Of a DNA stretch of 32,000 bases, positions 12,122 to 21,229 are shown piece after piece (the stretch's first letter is position 1; each line of letters begins with the position of its first letter). This DNA is from Horticoccus luteus. GTDB taxonomy: Bacteria; Verrucomicrobiota; Verrucomicrobiia; Opitutales; Opitutaceae. The translations under genes were made by a program, and so were the position numbers. The stretch is taken from contig NZ_CP080507.1 in assembly GCF_019464535.1 (NCBI RefSeq), forward strand, positions 3,690,001 through 3,722,000, read 5' to 3'. The notes under the pieces are model-generated. The model worked only from the letters and a program-made list of their open reading frames with translations. It ran no database searches and had not been told where the DNA came from.

Positions 12122-12714
12122 TAAAGGCCGCACCTCGGCGTTGGCAGCCGCGATTGAAACATGGCGTTTCACTCCGGCCTGACGTGCGACGGTGCAATAT
12201 GTGATCGATGCTGCGCGGAAACGCTGGCTCGAAAAATAACCCTAACACAGGCGGGATGTCGTAATCATACTCTGGCGGCAGGTCCTTCGGCTTGATCGGC
12301 GAAGTAGCCGGCAGATCGCCGATCGAATGCGTCGTTTGAAAGTCCTGCACGTCAAACGTGCTCGGTATGATAAAGTGACACTCCTCCGCGGTCTGCCCCC
12401 TGCGCGCCGGCAGAAACTTGCTCGCCACGATCGACTCGAGCGAAGGCGCAATAAACGCCGGATGCGTCGTCGAAAGCAGCCGCGCCGCCGTCACCTGCCC
12501 GCTTGCGTCCAAAGTCACGTCGAAGCGCGTTTCATCGCGTATCAAGTTCTGTCGATGCACCAGGTATTCCGGATATTTCAGCGGTCCTCGCGATTTATCT
12601 GCGGGGCACCCTCTCCGGCGTGCCCCACCCAGCGCTTTGCGCCATCGTACTCTTTCCCGTTACAACGGCCGTCCACAAGAGGAGCCCTGCACCCCACCAG
12701 GGAAAGAACTTCAT
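12122..12714 (-). pseudogene. Disrupted gene for a secreted TonB-C-terminal-domain-like protein (frameshifted, 3' truncated)
   Basis: ATG at 12714-12712 opens MKFFPWWGAGLLLWTAVV (signal-like) and stops after 39 codons. A one-nucleotide frame change within the run GGGG at 12603-12606 joins it to ADKSRGPLKYPEYLVHRQNLIRDETRFDVTLDASGQVTAARLL...FLPARRGQ (TonB_C-like). A second domain start (DIPPVLGLFFEPAFP) then runs without a stop into the antisense of the SDR gene. Confidence 0.4.
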
Positions 12715-12876
12715 CCGTCAGACTTCCCGCCGTCGCGCGCTCCGGTCAACCTCGTTTCCTCCACCCGCATCGGTGAAAAACCGGTCAATCCGCCGCGGGG
12801 CGCCACTCTGCCCTCGCGCGTCCGGCATCGCCGCTTCTTAGAGTCACCGGCGCGCGGGTTTTCCCGCCCGCGGTAG

Positions 12877-13770
12877 ATGGCCCGCAAGATCGCATTCATT
12901 AACTACAAGGGCGGCGTCGGCAAAACGTCGCTCATCGTCAACGTCGCCGCTTCGCTCGCCAAGCTCGGCCGGCGCGTGCTCCTCTGCGACTTCGACACGC
13001 AGTCCAACGCCTCCATCTGGCTCCTCAAACTCGACCGTTGGAACGCCCTCAACGCCACCGGCGCCGGCGCCGTTTACTCCCTCTTCTCCCCGGGCCACTG
13101 CCACCTGCGCGACCTCGTCATCCCTGACGTCGTCGAAAACAAAACCGGCGAAAAAATCCTGCCCGGCCTCGCCCTTGTCCCGACCACGTTCAACCTCGTC
13201 GATCTGGAAAGCGAATACACCGGCGCCCCCGACCGCCCCGCGTATCTCATCTTCCAGGAACAGCTCGCTGCCCTCGAGGCCGACTACGACTTCATCCTCT
13301 TCGACTGCCCGCCCAACATCCTGCGCGCGTCGCAATGCGGCATCTTCGCCGCCAACGAAATCTACGTCCCCGCCAATCCCGATGCCCTGAGCCTCATCGG
13401 CTTTACCCTCCTCGTCGAAAAGCTCGGCCGCTTCCACCAACTCTCCGCCGGCTTTCGCACCGCGCGCATGGGCCCGCCCGCCCAAGTCGAAGGCATCATT
13501 TTCAACGCCATCAAAACCGGCAGCGATATCGAGGTGCCTCGTCTGCGCATGCAGCTTCGCCTCAACCAATTTCGCGCCGCCAAACGCGCCGGCCGCCACG
13601 CCGCCCTCTTCACCTCCGTCGTGCGCGACGCCATGATCGTGCGCCGCGCTGTCGCCCTCGGCCTGCCCGTCGTCCTCCTCGCCCCCGAGCACACCGACCC
13701 CGCCGCCGACAACGTCGTCAACGACTACCAACGCGTCGCCGCCGAGCTTCTCCATCACCCCCTCGCTTGA
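12877..13770 (+). CDS. ParA/MinD-family P-loop ATPase (orphan ParA-like)
   Basis: Deviant Walker A NYKGGVGKTS with signature lysine, DFDTQSNAS (Walker A'), and ILFDCPPN (Walker B region). Length 297 aa. Confidence 0.85.
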   Translation: MARKIAFINYKGGVGKTSLIVNVAASLAKLGRRVLLCDFDTQSNASIWLLKLDRWNALNATGAGAVYSLFSPGHCHLRDLVIPDVVENKTGEKILPGLALVPTTFNLVDLESEYTGAPDRPAYLIFQEQLAALEADYDFILFDCPPNILRASQCGIFAANEIYVPANPDALSLIGFTLLVEKLGRFHQLSAGFRTARMGPPAQVEGIIFNAIKTGSDIEVPRLRMQLRLNQFRAAKRAGRHAALFTSVVRDAMIVRRAVALGLPVVLLAPEHTDPAADNVVNDYQRVAAELLHHPLA

Positions 13771-13811
13771 ACCATGCTCCGCTGATCGCCCCTGCCTTCC
13801 ACCCCTCCCCT

Positions 13812-14711
13812 ATGTCCACCACCCTCGCTCCCCACGCCACCGCCGCCGAATGGAACCGCGTCCGCGCGGCGTTCGCCACCTCGCTGCTCGTCGACACCTC
13901 GCTCACCAGCCTGGCCCTCAATCTCGACGGCCCCGGCTGGCCGATCAACGACCCCGCCGAAACGCCCTCCGCTTACCTCGACCTCACGTCCGACGAGGTC
14001 ATCGCCGCGCTCGCCCGCCAAGGCCAGCCCCCGGAACGCTTCGATCAACTCGTCGCCATCCTCCGCGACACCCTCGCGTTCGACGAACCCTTCAGCGAAA
14101 TGGTTGCCCAAAGCGAAACCGCGGCCGCCCAGGAAAACCCCGTCGTCCGCAATCTCGCCAAGCTGCAGATTCCGGAGACGTTCCCGCTGGCACTCGCGGC
14201 ACTCACGCCTGACACGCTGGAATTCTGCCGCCGCGAAAACGTCGCCACCCTCGGCGAGTTCGCGCTCCTCGCCCAACGCTTCTCGCAAAAGATCACGCTC
14301 GCCGGCGACTTCCGCGCGCTGCTCAACGCCCTCTCCCACATCGACGAACCCACCCTCGCGCGCTACCTGCCGTTTCGCCCCGGCGCCAAAGGCCTCCATC
14401 TCATCGAAGCCGTCGCGCTCGCCGTGCGCGCCCTGCCGCCCGCGGAACGCGCCATCCTCGTCGCCTCCCCCGCCGCCGCCTCGCCTTCGCTTCGCGCCCG
14501 CGTTCGCCAACTCGCCGTTTACTTCGCCGTCGAGTGCACCGACCTCGCCGCCATGATCGCTCACGGCGTGCCGCTCAGCCGGCTCGTCATGGTGCTCAAC
14601 GCCCCCGGCTTCGAATCGACCGTCGCTGCGCTCCTCGATCCCCACCTCCCCGCCGGCCCGCACGGCTCACCGACAGTGAAACGCAACTGGTTCTCGCGCT
14701 TCTTCCGCTGA
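13812..14711 (+). CDS. Hypothetical protein, first partner gene downstream of ParA-like ATPase
   Basis: ATG at 13812 (MSTTLAPH), 41 nt after the ParA stop. Non-repetitive, helix-rich composition unlike shadow ORFs. The segment LTPDTLEFCRRENVATLGEFALL weakly resembles a helix-hairpin-helix / RpoA-CTD-like module. Confidence 0.55.
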   Translation: MSTTLAPHATAAEWNRVRAAFATSLLVDTSLTSLALNLDGPGWPINDPAETPSAYLDLTSDEVIAALARQGQPPERFDQLVAILRDTLAFDEPFSEMVAQSETAAAQENPVVRNLAKLQIPETFPLALAALTPDTLEFCRRENVATLGEFALLAQRFSQKITLAGDFRALLNALSHIDEPTLARYLPFRPGAKGLHLIEAVALAVRALPPAERAILVASPAAASPSLRARVRQLAVYFAVECTDLAAMIAHGVPLSRLVMVLNAPGFESTVAALLDPHLPAGPHGSPTVKRNWFSRFFR

Positions 14712-14716
14712 CGCCC

Positions 14717-15478
14717 ATGTCTCCGACCGCGCCGCCCTTCGATACCCGCCACGCGCCGCCGCCGCGGCCGCCCAAACCCCTCGCGCTCCCTCGCCGCCGG
14801 CTTTCCTCCGCCGGCGCGCGCGACCCCTTCGAGCCCTCCGTCGCTTCCGCCGCCACCCGCCGCCAAATCACCGCCTTGATGGCGGCCACACGCTCCCCGT
14901 TTCCCGACGATTCCGCCCGCCGCGACCGCGCCGCCGAACTCGAGCGCTCCCTCCTCCAACTCGAAACCCAGCTCGCCGAACGCGAACGCGCCCTGCACGA
15001 CTGGCAAGTCTGGCTCGAAGAGCAGCAACGCGAACTCGCCGAAAGCGAAGCCCTGCAATTCGCCCACGAGAAACTCCTGCGCGCCGAACGCGCCGCGCTC
15101 CGCCACTCGCCCCCCTCCGCCGCCGCCACTCCCGCCGAAAGCGCCGCGCTGGCCGCCCTCAAAACCGCCCTCGACCGCCAGGAAACGTCGCTCGAAGAAG
15201 CGCGCGCCACGATCAAGGAACGCGAAGCGTTTCTCGACGAAAGCGAAACCACCCTCTTCGCCAAAGTGCAGGCGCAACAGGAGCGCGAGATCGAGCTCGA
15301 CCAACGCGCCGAAGACCTCGCCGAACGCGAACGCCGTCTCCTCGCCCGCGAATCTGCGTCACCTTCGCCGGCCGTCCCCATCGCCTTGCGCGCCCCGATC
15401 GATGCCGCGCGCACTCCCGTGCCGTCCCCACTGCGCGTCGCCGCGCCTGCGCGCGTGTTCGACGAGTTCAACGAATAG
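14717..15478 (+). CDS. Coiled-coil protein with basic Pro-rich N-terminus, second partner gene of the ParA-like ATPase
   Basis: ATG at 14717, 5 nt after the previous stop. N-terminus PPPRPPKPLALPRRRL, then about 150 aa of heptad-like Glu/Leu/Arg/Ala sequence (ELERSLLQLETQLAERERALHDWQVWLEEQQRELAESE...). Confidence 0.55.
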   Translation: MSPTAPPFDTRHAPPPRPPKPLALPRRRLSSAGARDPFEPSVASAATRRQITALMAATRSPFPDDSARRDRAAELERSLLQLETQLAERERALHDWQVWLEEQQRELAESEALQFAHEKLLRAERAALRHSPPSAAATPAESAALAALKTALDRQETSLEEARATIKEREAFLDESETTLFAKVQAQQEREIELDQRAEDLAERERRLLARESASPSPAVPIALRAPIDAARTPVPSPLRVAAPARVFDEFNE

Positions 15479-15538
15479 CTTTTCCGCCCCGTTTCCGATC
15501 GGGCCCCTCTCGACCGCGCCTTTGCCGCTCCGCTGCAC

Positions 15539-16525
15539 CTACCGTGCAAGGCTGCGCGTTAACGCCTGCTGGGGCACCGCCGCGATATCGTAAGCGACAA
15601 ACGCCAGGAGTAACTGAATTCCCAGGATCACCGGCAGGGCCGCGAGCATGATCGTGCCGCTGGAGGCAAACACGCCCCGTTGCGCCGCGTGCGCCCACTC
15701 CACCGCCCCGAACACCACGCCAAACATCAACAACACGAGCCCGGCCACGATCTCCACCGAGGCGATCGAAAAATCGCGGATGAAATAGTGATAACCGATT
15801 CGCTTCATAAAATTCTTCCCGTTGCCGAGGAGAAATCGCGGAATCGCGCGCCCCGCATGCAGACTGCTCCGCTCGCCCCCGTAACGCGCCGGCAGCGGCA
15901 CGTCGACTACCCGCGCGTAAAGCAGGTAAAGGCGGAAGAGCATGTCCGATTCGAAGAAAAATCGATCGGCGATCTTCTCCTCCGGCAGTCGTGCCAGCAC
16001 CGCCGCGCTGATTGCGGTGAACCCATTCGTCGGGTCGAAAATATTCCAATAGCCGCTCGATAACTTCGTGATGAACGAGAGCAGCGCGTTGCCGATCAAG
16101 CGCACGGCCGGCATTCCCCTCAACAGTTCGGGGCTGAAAAATCGGTTCCCTTTCGTGTAATCCGCCCGGCCGTCCGCGATCGGCGCCACCATCTTCGCTA
16201 TATCGCTCGGCGCCATCTGTCCGTCGCCGTCAAGCTTCACCACCACGGTCAGGCCGTCCGCGAGGGCCTGACGATACCCCGTCTTGACCGCCGCGCCCAC
16301 GCCGCCGTTCGCCTCGCGCCGCAACAACACGATGCGCGCATCCGCGTTCGCCACCCGCAACACCTCCGCCACCGTCTCATCGGTCGAACCATCATCCACC
16401 GCGTAGACGCGTTCACACTCCGGCCCAATCTCCCCCAGCACCGCCGCAATGTGCCGCGCCACGTTGTAGCAAGGGATCACAACTCCGATGCGCGGAGGCG
16501 GCACGGCGGCAGAAATGGAAGACAT
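15539..16525 (-). CDS. GT2-family glycosyltransferase, GtrB/ArnC-like polyprenyl-phosphate sugar synthase with C-terminal TM helices
   Basis: Start MSSISAAV at ATG 16525. VVIPCYN, AVDDGSTD and KLDGDGQ (DxD) motifs. Two hydrophobic helices near the C-terminus. The 356 aa N-terminal extension in the track is shadow sequence. Confidence 0.85.
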   Translation of the reverse strand: MSSISAAVPPPRIGVVIPCYNVARHIAAVLGEIGPECERVYAVDDGSTDETVAEVLRVANADARIVLLRREANGGVGAAVKTGYRQALADGLTVVVKLDGDGQMAPSDIAKMVAPIADGRADYTKGNRFFSPELLRGMPAVRLIGNALLSFITKLSSGYWNIFDPTNGFTAISAAVLARLPEEKIADRFFFESDMLFRLYLLYARVVDVPLPARYGGERSSLHAGRAIPRFLLGNGKNFMKRIGYHYFIRDFSIASVEIVAGLVLLMFGVVFGAVEWAHAAQRGVFASSGTIMLAALPVILGIQLLLAFVAYDIAAVPQQALTRSLAR

Positions 16526-16660
16526 TATATAAAGTGGCGGGCCAGGTCGCGCGCTCGCAACGCCCGCCCCGGCGTCGCACCATAGAAAACCCCGCCGCCT
16601 CTGCACGCGAAAACCGCCTGCATCGCAACGCGCAACGCCGCGCCCAGTTCGGAATTTCCA

Positions 16661-18229
16661 TTGTGTCGCTTTCCGGGTGAGTGCGAGGCTGCGCCTGTGA
16701 CGACCCCCGCGCCGCAGCCCACCGAGCGTCCTCCGACTTCCCTGCTGTTTCCTCGCTCGCGGTTTCGCCCGCCCCACCTGATCGCGTGGTGCCTCGTCGC
16801 CCTCCTCGCCCTCGGCTACCTGTGGTTCGTGCGCAAACACTGCTCGCCTTACGCGAGCAACGCCGATGCTTCGTGCTACCTCAACCTTGCGCAATTCTGG
16901 CGTGAAGGTCGCCTCAGCGCGCCCGTGCCATCGTTGCCCGGCCTGCACGCGCCGGAGTGGCGGGACTACTACTATCTCCCGATCGATTTTCGCCTCACGC
17001 ACGACCCCGCGCGCATGACGTCGCTCGGCGCGCCCGGTTATCCCCTCCACCTCCTCCTCGCGTCCTACTTCGTCGGGCTCGATTGGAGCGTCGTGCTGGT
17101 CAACGTCATCGCTTCCGGGGCGGCCGCGCTTTTTCTGCTCCTGCTCGCCCGCCGTTTTGGTCTGCCCTGGCTCTGGGCGCTCAGCGGCGTCGTGCTGCTC
17201 TGGGCCTGCCCGGTCTTTGTTTACATCGCGACTCAGCCGATGACCGACGTGCTCAGCATGTCCTGGTGCCTCGCCGCGTTGTGGTCGGCGTTGCGCGCGC
17301 GTGACCGTTGTCGGTGGGCGCTCGCCACCGGCTTTGCCATCGGCATCGCCGTGCTGATCCGTCCCGCCAATCTTGTGCTGGTGCTCCCCGTCGCCGTCAC
17401 GCTGGGACTGCGCTGGCGCGCCTACCTGCTGCTCGGCCTCGCCGGCCTGCCCGCCGCCGGATTTCAAGTCTGGTATAACCTGCAACTCTGGGGACGGGCG
17501 CTCACGACGGGTTACGGCGACATCAGCAGCGCCTTCGGCCCGCAATTTATCGCGGCGAACGCCCGCTATTTTGCCACCGGTGTTTTCGTCCATCTCGGAC
17601 CCTGCGTGGCGCTGGCCGCCCTCGCGTTTCCGTTTGTTAAACGCCGCGCCGCGTTACCCTTCGGCCTGCTGGCCTCTTGGTTCGCGGCTTTCATCGGCTT
17701 CTACTTCCTGTGCTTTTACTCCAGTCTGGAGTGGAGCCTGCGCTATTTTCTCCCCGTTTTCCCCGCTGTCATTCTCGTCGCTTTGTGGGTGGGGCACTGC
17801 GCCACCGCCCACGTGGCCACGGCTTGGCGACGGCACGTCATACTTTTGATCGCCCTCGCACTATCGCTCACCTGGCAGATTCATGCCGGCCGCGTGCTCC
17901 ACGCTTTGATCATGAAGCGCGGCGAAATCATCTACCCTCAATCCGCCGCGTGGATCCGCCAGCACGGCCCCGACGCCATTGTCTTTGCCAATCAAGTGAG
18001 CGGCGCACTCTGGTATTACACGGATGCGGTGGTCGTCCGCGTCGATTACGTCGACGTTGCCAACGTCCAGCGACTTTACGCGGCCGCCGCACAAACGCAC
18101 CGCCCGGTGTATGCCGTCCTTTTCGGCGCGGAAAACGCCCCCGTTTTCCCCGACCGGCTCCCCGGCACCTGGATTCCGCGCGCCCGTTTCGGGATCATTG
18201 AAATTTTTGAACTCGTCCCGGCGCCGTAA
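16661..18229 (+). CDS. Polytopic membrane glycosyltransferase (GT-C fold, ArnT/PMT family 39-like)
   Basis: At least 9 hydrophobic helices, an early periplasmic loop with acidic/aromatic residues, and family-like LIRPANL segments. Divergent from the GT2 gene. Start uncertain (TTG 16661 or GTG 16697). Confidence 0.6.
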   Translation: MCRFPGECEAAPVTTPAPQPTERPPTSLLFPRSRFRPPHLIAWCLVALLALGYLWFVRKHCSPYASNADASCYLNLAQFWREGRLSAPVPSLPGLHAPEWRDYYYLPIDFRLTHDPARMTSLGAPGYPLHLLLASYFVGLDWSVVLVNVIASGAAALFLLLLARRFGLPWLWALSGVVLLWACPVFVYIATQPMTDVLSMSWCLAALWSALRARDRCRWALATGFAIGIAVLIRPANLVLVLPVAVTLGLRWRAYLLLGLAGLPAAGFQVWYNLQLWGRALTTGYGDISSAFGPQFIAANARYFATGVFVHLGPCVALAALAFPFVKRRAALPFGLLASWFAAFIGFYFLCFYSSLEWSLRYFLPVFPAVILVALWVGHCATAHVATAWRRHVILLIALALSLTWQIHAGRVLHALIMKRGEIIYPQSAAWIRQHGPDAIVFANQVSGALWYYTDAVVVRVDYVDVANVQRLYAAAAQTHRPVYAVLFGAENAPVFPDRLPGTWIPRARFGIIEIFELVPAP

Positions 18230-18313
18230 TAACCAAGCGCCGGCGCCTATCAGCCGGCCATCGTCGCTCACCCACGTATCGACACGCCTTCGCCGCCGCG
18301 TTTCTTTTCGGCG

Positions 18314-19333
18314 ATGAACGTTCTCCTCCTCGGCGGCACCGGCCAGATCTCCTCGGGCATCGTCAAAGCCCTGCTCGCCCGCGGCGCCGCCGTTACGGTT
18401 CTCAATCGCGGCCAGTCCGACGACCGCCTCGGCCCCGACGTCCGCCGCCTCGTCGCCGATCGCAACGACTCCGCTGCCCTCGAACGCGCGGTCGCCAGCG
18501 CCGGTCCGTGGGACGCCGTCATCGACATGATTTGCTTCCGTCCGGACCAAGCCGCCGCCGCCCTGCGCCTCTTCCGCGGCCGTTGCGCTCAATTTATTTT
18601 TTGCAGCACCGTCTGCGTTTACGGCAACACCCAGACGATCATTCCCACGACCGAGGCCACCACGCCCTCGCCGCATTCCTCCTACGGCCGCGACAAACTT
18701 GCCTGCGAGCAACTCTTCCTCGCCGCCCACGCCCCCGGCGAGTTTGCCGTCACGATCTTTCGCCCCTCGCATACGTTCGGGCCCGGCGGCGGCATCATCA
18801 ACAACCTCGGCTTCTCCGCCACCTTCGTCGACCGTCTCCGCCGCGGCCTGCCGGTCATCGTCAGCGGCGACGGCCACGGCCTCTGGCAAAGCGCCTTCGC
18901 TGACGACGTCGGCCGCGGCTTCGCCCATGCCGTCGGACGCGCCGCTTGTTTCGGCCAGACCTATAACATCGTCGGCGACGAAGTCGTGACCTGGGACGAC
19001 TACACCCGCCGCACCGCCGCCGCGCTCAACGCCCCCGCGCCGACAATCGTGCACATCCCCTCCGACCTGCTCGTCGCGCTCGATCCCATCCGCTTCTCCG
19101 CTCTCGACGAAATTTTCCGTTATCACGGTGTCTATTCCAACACGCACCTTCGCCGCGACGTGCCCGAATTCGTCAACGCCACGCCCTACGCCGACGCCGT
19201 GCGCCGCACCGTCGCCTGGATGGATGCCCATGGAAAAATCGGCCCCGCCGAGTCCGACGGCTTCGACGACTGCGTGCTCGCCGCGTGGCACCGCGCCACC
19301 CGTGCCATCAGCCAACGCGAAGCCGCGTCCTGA
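18314..19333 (+). CDS. NAD-dependent epimerase/dehydratase family protein
   Basis: N-terminal LLLGGTGQISSG Rossmann loop, and a CSTVCVYG ... YGRDK catalytic S/YxxxK region. Confidence 0.8.
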   Translation: MNVLLLGGTGQISSGIVKALLARGAAVTVLNRGQSDDRLGPDVRRLVADRNDSAALERAVASAGPWDAVIDMICFRPDQAAAALRLFRGRCAQFIFCSTVCVYGNTQTIIPTTEATTPSPHSSYGRDKLACEQLFLAAHAPGEFAVTIFRPSHTFGPGGGIINNLGFSATFVDRLRRGLPVIVSGDGHGLWQSAFADDVGRGFAHAVGRAACFGQTYNIVGDEVVTWDDYTRRTAAALNAPAPTIVHIPSDLLVALDPIRFSALDEIFRYHGVYSNTHLRRDVPEFVNATPYADAVRRTVAWMDAHGKIGPAESDGFDDCVLAAWHRATRAISQREAAS

Positions 19334-19369
19334 TCCCAGCGTTCGCCCGCCGCCGCACGTCGCCCGACC

Positions 19370-19400
19370 CCGACTCAACGCGCCTTCCACGCTGAGTCGG
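19370..19400. terminator. Hairpin between convergent genes (possible bidirectional terminator)
   Basis: ccgactcaacg (19370-19380) pairs with cgctgagtcgg (19390-19400), 10 of 11 positions, with a 9-nt loop. There is no U-tract, so the call is weak. Confidence 0.3.
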
Positions 19401-19423
19401 AGCGAGCGATGCGCTTTGCCTCG

Positions 19424-20584
19424 TCAAACCGGCAACCGTAGCTTCGACGCCAACTTGGTGCCCGACCGCCGCAACCGTTCGCGGCCGGCCACCAACGCGC
19501 ATAACCCCAACCCGGCCAACCCCCACGTCGCCGGCTCAGGCACCGGCGTAAAGGGACAGTCGAACGGCGTGAAATGCAGTTCCGCATCCGCATGGGTATA
19601 ATTCATCGCCACAATCTGGCCGTTCAACGCCGTGCCTCCCGCGTTACTCAGATTCACATTCGGCGCCAGGATGCTCCCGTAAAACTGCCCGCCATTGCCC
19701 AGCGACAACTCGAGCGGCGCGTCCGCCGTGCCTCCGGCGACGTTCCACAACACCCGTTCGTAACCCGAGCCCGTGTTAAAATTCACCCCGGTGCCGGTGC
19801 CAAAAAGCGTGCGACCATCGGCATTGCGCACGTTGATCACGTAAGTCACCCCGTCCGGCACATCGAATTGCACGTTCGAAAAGAGCTGCCCCCCATACGT
19901 ATTACCCGAAAGCAGGCTCGCATCAAAATTGAACACCGCGACCCCGGACGTTTGCGTGGTCACGAACTGCAGTTTCTGCCCGGTGATCTCGATCGTGCCA
20001 AACGCCGGCGCCGCCGCGAGCGTGTTCGAAATCGACACCGCCTGCGTGTGCATCGTATCCCAATCCCACGCCGCCGGCGCGGGATTCGTGCGTGGATCCA
20101 CGTGCGCCAGCGCGTGCGAAGAATTCACCGTGCTCAGCGTGCCGCTGCCCGTCGTCAACCGCCGCTGCGTCGCGTCCCACGTGCCGGTCGCGTTTGGCGT
20201 CGACGCATACCCGCTTTGCAAATCCGTGTAGGCGTTCAGATGCAGATTCCCGCTCACATACAAAGTCGGATTGGTGTCGGGCACATACTTCGACGGCTGG
20301 GTCGCGATCGCGCCTGCGCCGTTCAACGTCAGATCGCCGCGGATGGCCAGCGGCCCTTCGGTATCGCCATACGAGGTGAACTCGGCATCGCCGAAGGCGA
20401 TTAAATTGTAGTTACGCACGAGCGTGTCGAAGTCGGAGACTCCCTGATCCACCAGACCGGCCCGCAGCGAGGGAGCGGCGGCGCCCAGCGAAATCACCAG
20501 CGCGCAAAGACCGGCCGCGCGGGCGAGTGGAGGTAGCGAAGGCACCGGACGCAAACAGCGGGCCGGGCCGGACAATATGTTCAT
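19424..20584 (-). CDS. Choice-of-anchor-A domain protein with PEP-CTERM sorting signal
   Basis: Start MNILSGP at ATG 20584 with a signal peptide. YNLIAFGDAEFTSYGDTEGPLAIRGDLTLNG is typical of choice-of-anchor A. C-terminal VPEPATWGLAGLGLCALVAGRERLRR is PEP motif + TM + basic tail. Confidence 0.8.
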   Translation of the reverse strand: MNILSGPARCLRPVPSLPPLARAAGLCALVISLGAAAPSLRAGLVDQGVSDFDTLVRNYNLIAFGDAEFTSYGDTEGPLAIRGDLTLNGAGAIATQPSKYVPDTNPTLYVSGNLHLNAYTDLQSGYASTPNATGTWDATQRRLTTGSGTLSTVNSSHALAHVDPRTNPAPAAWDWDTMHTQAVSISNTLAAAPAFGTIEITGQKLQFVTTQTSGVAVFNFDASLLSGNTYGGQLFSNVQFDVPDGVTYVINVRNADGRTLFGTGTGVNFNTGSGYERVLWNVAGGTADAPLELSLGNGGQFYGSILAPNVNLSNAGGTALNGQIVAMNYTHADAELHFTPFDCPFTPVPEPATWGLAGLGLCALVAGRERLRRSGTKLASKLRLPV

Positions 20585-21229
20585 ACTATTCCTTTCGTTG
20601 GTTGACCTGTAGTGCCGGTCTCCGAATGAGCCCGGCTCGTGGTCGTGCGCGCGTCCACCGGCAGGGCAGATGGTCTCGCAACCAAGCACCCCGCCGCGTC
20701 CTAACTTCAGCGCAGAACTACGTTTTGTATATAGCCACACTATCGCCGCTTCCTCAAATTGTATATACAGCGCAACGCCCTGCTTTTGGCGTCCCCCTTT
20801 CCCTGAACGCCTTTCCTCCATACCACGACGCGACTCAGGCCGCCGCTGGCCGCGAAATCCGCCTCCCGCCCGCAGTGATTTACGCGTATCCGGGATTGAC
20901 GCACGGCCGCTCGGGCGGCGGCGGAGCCTTCGTCCGGGGCGGCCGCGGCAGGTTAATCGCTCGGCCCGCCCGGCGCCTCGCTGGCCGGCGGATGGACTTT
21001 GATTTTATGTCACTGTTTATAGCCCGATTTCATTGGCATCAAAACCATCAACCCCGGTCTGCGGGAAACCCTTCGCCGCATCGGGGCCTGCGCTACGTGC
21101 CCATCGAATAACCCACGCCGACGCGCCCTCCGCGTTCGCAGCGGTCCGCGTCACACCGGCGCTTTCGACGCGCAGCGTCCGCGCGGTCGAAAAGCTTGAG
21201 CGCGCGCCCTCCGCGTCGTTCGCTTCGTC

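Noticed and set aside
16526-17593. 356 aa N-terminal extension of the GT2 ORF (track ORF 15539-17593)
   Set aside because: The extension is antisense to the GT-C membrane protein gene and is Arg/Gly-rich. The GT2 domain begins cleanly at ATG 16525 (MSSISAAVPPPRIGVVIPCYN).
20527-21111. 194 aa ORF in the PEP-CTERM/TPR intergenic region
   Set aside because: It overlaps the 5' end of the PEP-CTERM gene on the opposite strand. It has no motifs and odd composition, and is probably non-coding.
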